This document shows, in pieces, positions 33,786 through 34,582 of a stretch of 34,582 nucleotides of DNA (position 1 is the first letter of the stretch; each line of letters begins with the position of its first letter). Both the position numbers and the translations under genes were made by a program. Where the stretch lies: contig NC_068985.1 of NCBI RefSeq assembly GCF_001194135.2, forward strand, positions 3,745,360 through 3,779,941, in the 5' to 3' direction. The DNA is from Octopus bimaculoides (lineage: Eukaryota). The notes beneath the pieces are model-generated. The model was given only the letters and a program-made list of their open reading frames with translations. It ran no database searches and was not told the DNA's origin.

Positions 33786-34582
33786 TGGTGATAGGGAAAA
33801 TTTTTTTTTTTAATTAAAATCTGTAATATTATTCTTCTAGCTGTTTGTGCATATTTTACGTTTTAGTTTGTTAGAGAGGAGGAGGCGGTGGAGTGAGGGA
33901 GAAAAAGAGAGAATGTAAGAGTGAATGAGAGAGCAGATAGCCAGCCGATGCATTATGCTGGCCAGCGGAAGTGAGAGGTGAAGAGAAAAAGAGAAATGTT
34001 AGAGACATGAGAAAAGGAACTACATGGTTAAAAAGTTTGTTGAAGAGGTAGAGAGAAAGTGAGAAATATAAAGTGCTTAGCAGAGGCGAATTTTTAAATT
34101 ACAATATATGATTGGGATTTGAAGTGAAAAAAACTTAGCAAAATGAAAATAAAAATGAAAATTATTCTTTCTTCCATAAATAGCTTCTCTTAATCTCTTT
34201 CGTTCTGTGGAATTTCCACGGGTGCCATTAGTATATATATATATGTGCGTGGGTATGTGTGTGTAAAGCGGTCTAATGCTCTTATCTTAGACTTCTTGGG
34301 GGCAACCAGATGAAACCATCTCAAGTGTAATTACCTGAAATGGTCGTGACCTCTGGGACTTGACTGATGAAAGAAAGCCAAGAATGACCCGTCTTTTTTT
34401 TGCCCGTCCTTCTAATTGCTGTTTCTGTTGTCCGCCTTCGTATCGTCTCTCTGTCCGAACGTTTTAATGCCCTCTATTGCGTTTTTTGTTCTATATATAT
34501 ATATCAATGAAAAATATTTCAATACAAATGTATTAATTTCCAGCAAAATATCAGTGCCTTGTTGTACCACTCTTCTGAATAT

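Overview
Repeat-dominated eukaryotic DNA from a gapped assembly (9 N-runs, most flanked by microsatellites). The repeat families look like those of a coleoid cephalopod, probably Octopus (recognised from memory, not database-checked). No host gene could be identified with confidence, and most listed ORFs are microsatellite or gap artefacts. Supported content: (1) about 20 copies of one tRNA-headed SINE (family A, three tail types) and about 10 copies or fragments of a CORE-like SINE with an internal microsatellite (family B); (2) four copies of a (GAT)n-tailed retroposon 3' end (family C); (3) a 5'-truncated CR1/L2-group LINE RT (8638-9856); (4) four R4/Dong-clade fragments, all on the minus strand (26525-30374); (5) a Penelope-like RT fossil and a Penelope-type minimal hammerhead ribozyme (27957-28002); (6) maT/DD37D-like and mariner transposase fossils; (7) a TTAA MITE and two fold-back MITE families. 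Most interesting: the hammerhead with an intact core, apparent self-targeting of one SINE subfamily into its own family, repeated use of one insertion site, a retroposon pile-up on (TAA)n, and a 15-bp minisatellite born inside a retroposon. No CRISPR, rRNA or intact tRNA was seen. Most repeat boundaries are approximate (+/- 10 bp).
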